This document shows positions 1 to 9,089 of a DNA stretch of 64,000 nucleotides, piece after piece (the first letter of the stretch is position 1; every line of letters begins with the position of its first letter). This stretch comes from a virus. The position numbers were made by a program, and so were the translations under genes. Where the stretch lies: positions 1-64,000 of IMG/VR virus record IMGVR_UViG_3300034198_015644, one strand, 5' to 3'. The notes beneath the pieces are model-generated. The model was not told the origin of the DNA. It searched no databases and worked only from the letters and a program-made list of their open reading frames with translations.

Positions 1-2
1 AA

Positions 3-122
3 ACCGCATTAAATGGTGTTTTTCTTCCTGAACAATTAAAAGTAATTGTTGATATGAGAAAATACAAATCAATCACTAAAGAAGAAAGAGAAGAACTTAT
101 AGATTTACTTAAAAATAAATGA
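3..122 (+). CDS. 3' end of a hypothetical protein (partial, begins before the window)
   Basis: Frame 3 open from the window start: TALNGVFLPEQLKVIVDMRKYKSITKEEREELIDLLKNK, TGA at 120-122. Confidence 0.55.
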   Translation, partial: TALNGVFLPEQLKVIVDMRKYKSITKEEREELIDLLKNK

Positions 123-178
123 TTAATTTTTCAACCACATTATTAATTTAAAATAATGGTTTTTTGGAAAATTAATAA

Positions 179-185
179 TATTTAT
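179..185 (+). promoter_or_regulatory. Putative phage late-promoter motif TATTTAT (first of about 12 copies)
   Basis: TATTTAT lies about 5-65 nt upstream of start codons at 179, 2793, 5041, 5664, 7474, 8375, 12440, 22343, 27127, 31433, 31848, 34065. Confidence 0.65.
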
Positions 186-226
186 AATGAAAAGATAATA
201 ATATAACTAAAAAATAAAAAAAAATA

Positions 227-2737
227 ATGGCAAATTCAATTTTTGTAAGTCCCGGTGTCTATACAAGAGAAAAAGATCTAACATACGTTGTTAGACAGGT
301 TGGTGTGACTACCTTGGGTATTGCAGGTGAGACTCCTCAAGGACCTGCATTTGAACCTATTTTCGTATCTAATTACGAAGAATTTATGATGTATTTTGGT
401 GGTTTAGATCCTGAAAAATTTCCCGGAAATAGATATCCTAAGTATGAGGCAAATTACATAGCAAAATCGTATTTAACTCAATCTAACCAAATGTTTATAA
501 CAAGAATTCTTGGTTTATCGGGTTATGATGCGGGTCCGGCTTGGGCAATTAGAACTAATACAGGTGAAGTTGTAGCGCTTATAAGATCAAGAGGTGAATA
601 TGATTTAAATGAAGTATTACATTACTACGTAACTACATTGACCGCAACTAATATAAGTGCAACCACCAATCCTTTGGGGTCATTTTTATTAGGTGGTACA
701 GTAGCGTATGGTGCTCAGGCAGGTAATACATTTTCATATGAAGTATCATTTGACACCACTCAAAGATCATTTATTACTCGTGTTTTAGGTGTAACTGCAA
801 CAGATGCAGATGCTTTTATTTACGTAGAGGAAGTCTATAATAATAGATTAGATTATTTAATAAGTACAAGCGCGGTTACAGGTATTAACATGACCTTAAC
901 ACCATATGTTACAACATTTTCTGATTATTTACAAAAATGGAATACTCCATTTACGCCATTCGTTGTTTCAGAACTTCGTGGTAACAAATTATTTAGATTA
1001 TTTAGATTTGTAATGATTTCTGATGGTGATTCGGGTAATAGACAATGTAAATTTTCTATTATAAACATAAAACCTGACACTAAAGACTTTGATTTAATAG
1101 TTAGAGATTTTAATGACACCGATGAAGAGCAAATAATTTTAGAAAGATGGACAAAACTTAATTTACGTTTTGACGATCAAAATTTTATTGGAAGAAGAAT
1201 TGGTACCACTAATGGTGACTTTGCATTAAGCAGTAAATACATTATGGTTGAGATGGCAGAAAATTGTCCTGAGGACGCTTTCCCTGCGGGTTTTGAGGGG
1301 TATGTACAAAGAGACTATACTCCGGCAACAAATCCTTCTATAGTATATAAAACTACATATACCTTAAAAGAATTAAGTACAATTGCAAAATTAAGTAGAT
1401 CTTACTTAGGTTTATCTGATATAGTAGGTATTGATCAAGATTTCTTCGATTATAAAGGTATGGTTTCTTCATTACCTAATAACCCTGATGTATATTGGAC
1501 AGACTTTACACATGGATTCCATATGGACTCAGGTGCAAACGGGGCTGGTGTAACTGTTGAGAACGCTACGATACCTAATTATCGTGGAGGTTTAAGTGGA
1601 CTTTATACCCCTGTGTTTGATGTGGGTGCATATCCATTCCAAACAATAATTGGAATTGTAGGTACTCCATATGAAAGATTAAGAGCACGTAAATTTACAT
1701 TCGTACCTTACGGTGGTTTTGATGGATGGGACGTATATAGAACAAAACGTACAAATACACCAAACTATGTTTATAATGGATATTCAGCAACTTTTGGTTT
1801 GACTAGTGGAGTATTTTTCCCTTACACAACTGTAGATGGAAACCTTGGTAATACTTCAGATTGGTACGCATATTATGAAGGTATGCACACATTTGATAAC
1901 CCAATTTCTGTAAACGTAAACGTATTTACAACTCCTGGTATAACAACTATAGATAACGATAACTTAGTATACGAAGCCATTGATATGGTAGAGACACTAA
2001 GAGCGGATTCAATCTATATTGTAACCACACCTGATTTTAGTTATTATGAAACATCTGCAATAACAGAATACTATACGGCCGAAGATATTGTTTTAACTCT
2101 TGAGGGACAATTTAACTCAAATTATACCGCAACATATTGGCCTTGGATTCAGATGAATGATACTGAAAACTATATTCAGGTTTGGATGCCACCTACAATG
2201 GAGGTTGTTAGAAACATTGCACTTACGGATAATATTGCATTCCCTTGGTTTGCAACTGCGGGTGTTGAGAGGGGTTCTACTACCGCAATTAAGGCTCGTA
2301 TCAAATTAAGACAAGCAGATAGAGACATTCTTTATGAAGGTAGAATCAATCCTATGGCAACATTCACCGAAGAGGGTGTATTGATTTGGGGTAATAAAAC
2401 AATGCAAGAGGCAGAAACTGCACTTAATAGATTAAACGTAAGACGTTTGTTATTACAAGCTCGTAAGTTGATTTCTGCGGTTGCCACACGTTTATTATTT
2501 GATCCTAATGACCAAGTAGTAAGAGATAGATTCGCTTCATTGGTGAACCCAATTCTTGATAACATTCGTAAAGAAAGAGGTTTATACGACTTTAGAGTTG
2601 TAGTATCAAATGATATTGAAGAGTATGATCGTAATGAAATGAGTGCTAAATTGTACTTGAAACCTACAAGAGCATTAGAATATATTATCATCGACTTCAT
2701 TATCACACCTACAGGTGCGTCTTTTGATAATGTTTAA
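227..2737 (+). CDS. Contractile tail sheath protein (T4 gp18-like)
   Basis: N-terminal SPGVYTREKD motif; C-terminal sheath domain YWPW...PWFATAG...RINP...IWGNKT...RLNVRRLLL...KPTRALEYI. Confidence 0.95.
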   Translation: MANSIFVSPGVYTREKDLTYVVRQVGVTTLGIAGETPQGPAFEPIFVSNYEEFMMYFGGLDPEKFPGNRYPKYEANYIAKSYLTQSNQMFITRILGLSGYDAGPAWAIRTNTGEVVALIRSRGEYDLNEVLHYYVTTLTATNISATTNPLGSFLLGGTVAYGAQAGNTFSYEVSFDTTQRSFITRVLGVTATDADAFIYVEEVYNNRLDYLISTSAVTGINMTLTPYVTTFSDYLQKWNTPFTPFVVSELRGNKLFRLFRFVMISDGDSGNRQCKFSIINIKPDTKDFDLIVRDFNDTDEEQIILERWTKLNLRFDDQNFIGRRIGTTNGDFALSSKYIMVEMAENCPEDAFPAGFEGYVQRDYTPATNPSIVYKTTYTLKELSTIAKLSRSYLGLSDIVGIDQDFFDYKGMVSSLPNNPDVYWTDFTHGFHMDSGANGAGVTVENATIPNYRGGLSGLYTPVFDVGAYPFQTIIGIVGTPYERLRARKFTFVPYGGFDGWDVYRTKRTNTPNYVYNGYSATFGLTSGVFFPYTTVDGNLGNTSDWYAYYEGMHTFDNPISVNVNVFTTPGITTIDNDNLVYEAIDMVETLRADSIYIVTTPDFSYYETSAITEYYTAEDIVLTLEGQFNSNYTATYWPWIQMNDTENYIQVWMPPTMEVVRNIALTDNIAFPWFATAGVERGSTTAIKARIKLRQADRDILYEGRINPMATFTEEGVLIWGNKTMQEAETALNRLNVRRLLLQARKLISAVATRLLFDPNDQVVRDRFASLVNPILDNIRKERGLYDFRVVVSNDIEEYDRNEMSAKLYLKPTRALEYIIIDFIITPTGASFDNV

Positions 2738-2755
2738 TAAAATTTAAATAACGAT

Positions 2756-2781
2756 AAAAAAGGGAGGAAACTCCCTTTTTT
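2756..2781 (+). terminator. Rho-independent terminator after sheath
   Basis: AAAAAA-GGGAG-GAAA-CTCCC-TTTTTT. Confidence 0.9.
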
Positions 2782-2819
2782 ATTTTAACTAATATTTATG
2801 ATAAAATATCGTATATAAA

Positions 2820-3947
2820 ATGAAAATTTTAATCACAGAAAATCAATTAAAAGATATTGTAGTTCCGTATTTTTCACAAAAAAATGATGATTTAATTACT
2901 TTAAGAGAAAATTGGGAAAAACTTAATGAAGAAGAAAAACAATTAGTTATTGAATTATATAAATTATTCAACCCAAAAAATTCTAAATTAATTAACGAGG
3001 GATTTATGGATTGGATTCAAACAGGTTTAGATGTGGGCGGTATATTTGATCCTACGGGAATTGCAGATACTGTTAATGCGGTAATCTATTTTAGTAGAGG
3101 AGAAGTCCTTTTTGGTATGTTATCTTTAGTTGCAATAGTTCCTTATGTAGGAGATGCGGTTGCAAAGCCAGTAATAATGGCCGCAAAGGTAGGATCTAAA
3201 GAAGTAAAATTATTTTCTGCAGCTTTAAAAACTAAAAATGCAACAAAAATTGCCGAAACAACAAAAACAATTAAAGGTAGTAGTGTAGGTAATAAAATTT
3301 TAAAGTTTTTGGAAAGTTTTGGTGATGGTCAATTGGGTCGTAAAATTATGAGTCTTTTGGAAAAAGGTAAAAAAATACCTATTGTTGGTAAATTTTTTAA
3401 ATTAATAGAGGAGTGGGTGGGTATTTTAACTAAAGCATCTAAAGAAGTTAAAGTACCGACAACTGCCTCTAAGATTGAAGTAAAAACCGGTGCAGGTGTT
3501 TGGAAAGGTACTTTAAAGGGTAGTGAAAAAGTTGCTTGGGGTGAAGTTTTAAAACAAATGTTTGGTGGTAAAAAACTAACTACATTTAGGGAATTGTCTA
3601 AAGCAGGGAAATTACCTTACGATAGCGTAAGTAACATTTATAAAAATATTATGAGAGTCCCTGAATCAAGAAAACTTATGGGTAAAACTAAAATGTTTTT
3701 AAGATTTTTGGATCATTTGGGTTTGGGTAATTATGTTGGACCTGAGGAATTAGAAAAGAAAATACCAAATGTAGATCAAAAATTCGCAGAATTTGTAAAT
3801 ACTCCTGAAGGTAGGGAATCGTTTAATGAAGACGTAATCCCTTACTTAGAAGATTCTTCTTCTAAAGAATCTAATACATTAGGATTAAACAATATGACAC
3901 CTGAAATGGGGAATATAATATCACAATTTTTAAAAACACAAGTATAA
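2820..3947 (+). CDS. Hypothetical virion (candidate capsid-internal) protein with a pre-toxin-like hydrophobic hairpin
   Basis: MKILITENQLK N-terminus; LDVGGIFDPTGIADTVNAVIYFSRGEVLFGMLSLVAIVPYVGD resembles pre-toxin segments of RHS/polymorphic toxins; late motif at 2793. Confidence 0.55.
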   Translation: MKILITENQLKDIVVPYFSQKNDDLITLRENWEKLNEEEKQLVIELYKLFNPKNSKLINEGFMDWIQTGLDVGGIFDPTGIADTVNAVIYFSRGEVLFGMLSLVAIVPYVGDAVAKPVIMAAKVGSKEVKLFSAALKTKNATKIAETTKTIKGSSVGNKILKFLESFGDGQLGRKIMSLLEKGKKIPIVGKFFKLIEEWVGILTKASKEVKVPTTASKIEVKTGAGVWKGTLKGSEKVAWGEVLKQMFGGKKLTTFRELSKAGKLPYDSVSNIYKNIMRVPESRKLMGKTKMFLRFLDHLGLGNYVGPEELEKKIPNVDQKFAEFVNTPEGRESFNEDVIPYLEDSSSKESNTLGLNNMTPEMGNIISQFLKTQV

Positions 3948-3948
3948 A

Positions 3949-4635
3949 ATGAAAAAATTAACTGATTTTCAAATTGAACATTTGGTCGAAAACACTATCA
4001 ATAAAAAAAATAATTTTAAAAATAAAAAATTAATAGAATTTTACGTTAAAAAATGGAATAAATGTGAAACTAAAAAAGATCGACATCAATTTTTTAACGA
4101 GTTTTTTATCAATAGAAAAAAATTAATTAGCGAAGGATACAATCAACGTATGATCGATGAGGGACTTTTTAGTTCTCTTCTTGGAAGCGGTTTAGGTGGT
4201 TTTAAATCTACATTCAAAGAATGGTTAGCAGGTAAATTGGTCGGAGCTTTAGGTGTTAGTGATCCTGAATTAAAAAATAAAATATCAATTGCGTTGGCCA
4301 ACTTAAATTGGAGTCAGGATTGGACTAAACTTTTATCTCCGATAAAAAATTGTAGATATTTCACCGATGTAATTTTAGATTCTGTAATTGAATATTATAT
4401 AGACAAAGGACTTAAAGATTGGGCAGGAGTAGGTACTGGAACTTTAGGTACTGCATTTAGAAATGCGGTTTCAGATGCGTTAAGTGATCAAAAATATGTA
4501 CAACAATTAGAAGATTCTATTGGTAATATTTTATGTGGTGCACTTGAGAAAATGTTTGGTGGTGGCATAACCAATACAGTTAAAAATGTTATGGGTATGG
4601 ATAAAACAACTAATCCAACTCCTGCAACATCGTAA
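3949..4635 (+). CDS. Hypothetical protein, candidate capsid-internal protein
   Basis: Starts 1 nt after the upstream stop; LISE/MIDE motifs followed by Gly-rich amphipathic helices. Confidence 0.6.
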   Translation: MKKLTDFQIEHLVENTINKKNNFKNKKLIEFYVKKWNKCETKKDRHQFFNEFFINRKKLISEGYNQRMIDEGLFSSLLGSGLGGFKSTFKEWLAGKLVGALGVSDPELKNKISIALANLNWSQDWTKLLSPIKNCRYFTDVILDSVIEYYIDKGLKDWAGVGTGTLGTAFRNAVSDALSDQKYVQQLEDSIGNILCGALEKMFGGGITNTVKNVMGMDKTTNPTPATS

Positions 4636-4658
4636 ATGTATATTAAAAAGTATATTTT

Positions 4659-4684
4659 AAAACCCCTCCATGAGGGGTTTTTTT
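4659..4684. terminator. Bidirectional Rho-independent terminator between convergent genes
   Basis: AAAA-CCCCTC-CAT-GAGGGG-TTTTTTT between the + gene ending 4635 and the - gene ending 4683. Confidence 0.85.
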
Positions 4685-4946
4685 ATAAGAATTCGTAAAC
4701 GATTTTACAATGTCTACCAGGTATTAACTTAATACTATTATTGGGTAATTTGTAGAAGTAAGTTACTTCTTTTTGTTTTTTTTCTTTATCTAAATAAGAT
4801 GTACTATATAAGGAAACATCCAATTCTTCATTATTAAAACCATACCATTCGCCATAATATTCTCGCAAATCTATTTTACTTTTTGTTTTTTCATTGAAAA
4901 ATTCAGGTAATATTATAATTCTTGCTGCAATTTTATTATTTTCCAT
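4683..4946 (-). CDS. Small hypothetical protein (87 aa), the only credible minus-strand gene
   Basis: Fills an intergenic gap without overlap; own sigma70-like promoter and shared terminator. Confidence 0.7.
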   Translation of the reverse strand: MENNKIAARIIILPEFFNEKTKSKIDLREYYGEWYGFNNEELDVSLYSTSYLDKEKKQKEVTYFYKLPNNSIKLIPGRHCKIVYEFL

Positions 4947-4966
4947 AGGGATTAAATTTTATATAA

Positions 4967-4994
4967 AATATATCTTTTTTTTTAAAAAAGTCAA
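4967..4994 (-). promoter_or_regulatory. Sigma70-like promoter for the 4683..4946 gene
   Basis: Minus strand TTGACT-N16-TATATT, about 20 nt upstream of the ATG. Confidence 0.55.
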
Positions 4995-5110
4995 TTTTTA
5001 CTTTATAAAAAAATAATAATAAATTTTTTATTTTTTGATATATTTATTATTAAATATTGTATATAAAACAATAAAACTAACTATAATAAAAAAATTAAAA
5101 AACTAAAAAA

Positions 5111-5602
5111 ATGGCTGATTTGCTTTTAAAAGCTCCCGTACCTTACGAACCTAAACGTAAGAATAGATGGATATTAAGATTCCCAGCAGATTTAGGTATT
5201 CAAGAGTGGTGGTTGGCTACTGCTAACAGACCAACAATAAATCAAAATGCGGTAGAGATCCCATTTATTAACACATCTACTTTCGTAGTAGGTAGATTTA
5301 AATGGAGTACCATTGGGTGTACATTAAGAGATCCTATCGGTCCTTCTGCCGCACAAGCAATCATGGAGTGGGTTCGTTTACACTCTGAATCAGTAACAGG
5401 TAGACAAGGTTATGCCGCTGGTTATAAAAAAGATATCGAATTAGAAATGTTAGACCCTACGGGTGTTACAGTAGAAAAATGGATACTACAAAGTACCATG
5501 TTGGCAGGTGACACTAATTTTGGTTCATTAGGATATAGTGATGATGCTTTGGCTGATATCAGCATATCTTTACAACCTGACCGTTGTATATTGGTATTCT
5601 AA
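5111..5602 (+). CDS. Tail tube protein (T4 gp19-like)
   Basis: 163 aa; YEPKRKNRWILRF, GRFKWSTIGCTLRDPI, WVRLHSESVTGR, IELEMLDPTG.VEKWIL; downstream of the sheath. Confidence 0.9.
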   Translation: MADLLLKAPVPYEPKRKNRWILRFPADLGIQEWWLATANRPTINQNAVEIPFINTSTFVVGRFKWSTIGCTLRDPIGPSAAQAIMEWVRLHSESVTGRQGYAAGYKKDIELEMLDPTGVTVEKWILQSTMLAGDTNFGSLGYSDDALADISISLQPDRCILVF

Positions 5603-5619
5603 TATATTAAAAAAAAAAG

Positions 5620-5651
5620 AAAAAAGTCTCATATTTCTATGAGACTTTTTT
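5620..5651 (+). terminator. Rho-independent terminator after tail tube
   Basis: AAAAAAGTCTCATA-TTTC-TATGAGACTTTTTT. Confidence 0.9.
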
Positions 5652-5689
5652 AATTTTATGAAATATTTATCTAATAAAACATTAATAAA

Positions 5690-7399
5690 ATGGGAAAAAA
5701 ATTTAAAAATATTAACGAAGAGTTAGAGAGAATGAAAACTCTAATGTATGAAACAGATAATTTAATTTTAAATAATGAAAAGACAATCATAAATGAATCT
5801 GTAGAAACTCAAGAAGAAAGTGATTCTATGGATGAACAAGATACCGATTTTAAAACTAAAAGAAGTTCATTTAAAGTTGCTAAAGTTAGTGACATTAATA
5901 CTCTTGTAAGAGGTGGAGCATCTAAATTTGATACATATAAGATTAAAGGTACAGGAGTAACTCAGTTATTTGATGATAAGGGTAAAATGACTCCCGAAGG
6001 TATGGAGTTGATGAAAAAATCAGGATTAAATTTACCTGCAGGTCAAGTAGTTATGCGTATCGGTAAAAGAGACGATGCTGATACAGACAAAGTATTTTTT
6101 CAAGTTGTACCTGCAACTGAATTAAGTATCGTTACAAAAGATCAACAAATCGCAGATTTAACTGCACAAGATCTTGATAAATTGGCAACCGAAAAAACTA
6201 AAGTAGTTCCTGCTCCAACACCAAGTCCTAAGCAAGAACCAACTCCTACACCATCAGGTAAAATTCCTTCCGATAAAGAATTGTTGTATTCACAATATAG
6301 TAAATTTGAAAAAGTATTAGATACTGTTGATGGTACTAAAAATTTTAATTCGGCAGGATATACAAAATTTGTTGGTGCAACCTATAAAATAAATAAAGTA
6401 AACGGTGACGTTTATAGAGTAACTAAAGATGGTGTTATAAGTGCAATTTTTAAGAAAAAAGGTAAAGAATTAACTAAAGAAAATTTTAATTTAGATTTAG
6501 TTTTCGTTAACCCTATGTTATTTGAATCAGTAATTTTAGAACAAACTACAGGTAAAAATTATGAGTATCAGTGTGTGGGGGATTGTTCAGGTCAAAATAT
6601 TATGTCTACTAAATTTACGGATGTAGTTGATGATACTTTAGCGGGTAAAGAATGGAAAGGTGAAGTTCAACCTACCCCAAGCCCAACCCCATCTCCCGTA
6701 AAAGAAGGTGGCGATTGGTCTAATTTCCCATGTATAACAAGTAATCCTGCGATTAAGAAAATTGAAGATCCTAAGTTTGGTGTTATTTATCAAGACGCCG
6801 CAAATAAATATTTTGCCAATGGTAGGTTCTTGGATATTAAAGCAGGTAAAATGGGTAATTACAAATGTGAGGGAAATAAAATTGTTTCCGATAAACAACA
6901 AACTGCAGAAACCCCAAAATATAAAATAGTAACAGATTCGGATTTAATTGGGGATACAGGTAGATTAAGACAGTATATCCAACAAGTAACTGATCTTGGC
7001 GGTGGAATGGCAACAATATTAGATACATTAGGTATAAATATTGCTAATTTAGCTGCGGGTAGAAGATTAGGTGTTAAAGGTGTTGTAGATGCCTTAGATG
7101 GTTTTGTTGATTCTAAAGATTTAGCCTATGTTTTACAAGTAATAAAATCTTTAAATAATGTTTATTATTTTGATGAGGAAACTGAAAGTTATACTAATGC
7201 CACTACAAGATTTTTAGAGGTTTATTCTGAAGATGAAGGTGGTGACAATTTGATAACGGATGTTGAAAGCGTAGGTACTACGACATTACCAACTGGTGCA
7301 GAAAAATTGAAAAAAGTTATTGTTGCCACAATTAATAAACAAAAAGATCAAGAAGTACCTGCTGATTTACAAAAATCGGGAGAAAGTAATGTTAGTTAA
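5690..7399 (+). CDS. Hypothetical multi-domain virion protein (candidate capsid-internal)
   Basis: NINEELERMKTLM/IINE/MDEQ N-terminus, Pro-Thr linkers, late motif at 5664. Confidence 0.6.
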   Translation: MGKKFKNINEELERMKTLMYETDNLILNNEKTIINESVETQEESDSMDEQDTDFKTKRSSFKVAKVSDINTLVRGGASKFDTYKIKGTGVTQLFDDKGKMTPEGMELMKKSGLNLPAGQVVMRIGKRDDADTDKVFFQVVPATELSIVTKDQQIADLTAQDLDKLATEKTKVVPAPTPSPKQEPTPTPSGKIPSDKELLYSQYSKFEKVLDTVDGTKNFNSAGYTKFVGATYKINKVNGDVYRVTKDGVISAIFKKKGKELTKENFNLDLVFVNPMLFESVILEQTTGKNYEYQCVGDCSGQNIMSTKFTDVVDDTLAGKEWKGEVQPTPSPTPSPVKEGGDWSNFPCITSNPAIKKIEDPKFGVIYQDAANKYFANGRFLDIKAGKMGNYKCEGNKIVSDKQQTAETPKYKIVTDSDLIGDTGRLRQYIQQVTDLGGGMATILDTLGINIANLAAGRRLGVKGVVDALDGFVDSKDLAYVLQVIKSLNNVYYFDEETESYTNATTRFLEVYSEDEGGDNLITDVESVGTTTLPTGAEKLKKVIVATINKQKDQEVPADLQKSGESNVS

Positions 7400-7420
7400 T
7401 TTTATATAAATTAAATTTTT

Positions 7421-7444
7421 AAACCCCCTTTATGGGGGTTTTTT
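7421..7444 (+). terminator. Rho-independent terminator
   Basis: AAACCCCC-TTTAT-GGGGGTTTTTT. Confidence 0.85.
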
Positions 7445-7497
7445 ATTTTTTAATAAATTTTTATTTACTAATCTATTTATTATTATATTATTAAGTT

Positions 7498-8226
7498 ATG
7501 GAAAATACACAAATACCTTACGACATTATTCAATTAGCTTCAGAGGGATTACTATACCCTAATGGACAAAAGACTGTTAAAGTAGAATATTTAACTGCAA
7601 TGGATGAATCTATTTTAACTTCATCTAACCTTGCAAGTCAAGGGTTAACTTTTGATGTTCTTTTAGAGAGAAAAATTAAAAATTTAGATTTTCATCCTTT
7701 AGATCTTTTAAGGGGGGATAGAATGGCTATATTAATATGGCTTAGAACTACAGGTTATGGTTCTGAATATCCAATCAGAGTATTTTCAGACAAAGAAAAT
7801 ACTTACGTTGATTTAGTATTTGATTTAAGTACTCTAAAAATGAAACCTATAGGTGCAAAACCTGATGAAAAAGGTGAGTTTGATATGGTATTACCTGTTT
7901 CAAAAAAACACGTAAAATTCAAATTATTGACGGGTAGGGATGAAAAAGAAATTTCACGAAAGGACGAGGAATGGATTAGAAGAGGAAATGAGTCGGATAG
8001 GGGTAGATTCTTATTAGAACAACAAATAGTTGAGATTGATGGTGAGAGAGATATTGTTAAAAATTTACAAGAAATTCCAAGAATGCCATTAAGAGATGCT
8101 ATAGAATTTAAAAAATATTCAAATTCAATAGAACCTGGTATTGATTTTAATATTCAGGTAGAAGCTCCCGGAGGTGAGTTAATTAAAACCTTTCTTAGCA
8201 TCAGACCAGATTTTTTCCTTTTTTAA
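7498..8226 (+). CDS. Baseplate hub / tail assembly chaperone (T4 gp26-like)
   Basis: IQLASEGLLYP...VKVEYLTAMDESIL...LLRGDRMAILIWLR.TGYG..Y; second repeat LPVSKKHVKFKLLTG.DE; C-terminal PDFF; located between tube and tape measure. Confidence 0.75.
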   Translation: MENTQIPYDIIQLASEGLLYPNGQKTVKVEYLTAMDESILTSSNLASQGLTFDVLLERKIKNLDFHPLDLLRGDRMAILIWLRTTGYGSEYPIRVFSDKENTYVDLVFDLSTLKMKPIGAKPDEKGEFDMVLPVSKKHVKFKLLTGRDEKEISRKDEEWIRRGNESDRGRFLLEQQIVEIDGERDIVKNLQEIPRMPLRDAIEFKKYSNSIEPGIDFNIQVEAPGGELIKTFLSIRPDFFLF

Positions 8227-8236
8227 CTCAACTTAC

Positions 8237-8365
8237 ATGGGTAATTTGACTAAGAAATTTTATGCCCTAAATAGACGTATAAATCTTTCTTATTCAGATT
8301 TTTTAATTATGCCAGTTTATTTAAGAGAATCCATAATTGATATTTTGATAGAGGAAAATAAATAA
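8237..8365 (+). CDS. Short chaperone C-terminal extension / gp51-like ORF (42 aa), not in the ORF track; probably also made as a frameshift fusion
   Basis: MGNLTKKFYALNRRINLSYSDFLIMPVYLRESIIDILIEENK; this frame is open from 8183 across the T-runs at the end of the upstream gene. Confidence 0.65.
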   Translation: MGNLTKKFYALNRRINLSYSDFLIMPVYLRESIIDILIEENK

Positions 8366-8393
8366 AATCCTCAATATTTATTAATAAAAAGTA

Positions 8394-9089
8394 ATGGATA
8401 AAAAACCTTTGTTCGGTCCTGGGAATTTATTGGCAATGCCATTTAGGGCTTTAAACTTACCTTTTAAAAAATATAGAGAATATTACGGTACCCCAAAAAA
8501 AGAAGAGGAATATCAAGGTACTTTTTTACAGAAAGAAAGAGTAAAAAAAATAATTCCATTAATTCTTAGAGGAAAAAATATCGATAAAAAAGATCAAAAA
8601 TTTATGGATATGTTTAATGATTTTTTAACATCAGAAGGACATCATCCTATAGATCAAACGGGTGTTAATATGAAATGTGATGATTCAAATAATTGCACCC
8701 AATATTTTTATAAGAGTTCAGGAACTAAAAGAAAAAAAATTGTTTCCGAACCTGAAAGTGATGAGGAAACAAAAGATAATGATGTTAATAAATTTAACAT
8801 TTATTTTTATACCGACCTTTTAGGTATGGATAAAAAGAAAATTCTATTTCTTAAAAATGGAGATTATGGTTTATCATTTTTAGGTAAAGATTCTTCTAAA
8901 GGTACTAACGATTTTTATTTTAAAACTACTCGTTTACCTAAAGATCATTTTTTAATTTTTAAAACAAAATATAAAAATCCAATTAATAGAAATGCATATT
9001 ATAGTGTTTATCAAGATAACAGTGTAGTACACTTTAGAGAACCTTTTTATTTGGGGGATATAAGTGCTAAAATTTATACTAAAAAATAA
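8394..9089 (+). CDS. Hypothetical protein
   Basis: 231-aa ORF, late motif at 8375, stop overlaps the tape measure ATG. Confidence 0.7.
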   Translation: MDKKPLFGPGNLLAMPFRALNLPFKKYREYYGTPKKEEEYQGTFLQKERVKKIIPLILRGKNIDKKDQKFMDMFNDFLTSEGHHPIDQTGVNMKCDDSNNCTQYFYKSSGTKRKKIVSEPESDEETKDNDVNKFNIYFYTDLLGMDKKKILFLKNGDYGLSFLGKDSSKGTNDFYFKTTRLPKDHFLIFKTKYKNPINRNAYYSVYQDNSVVHFREPFYLGDISAKIYTKK

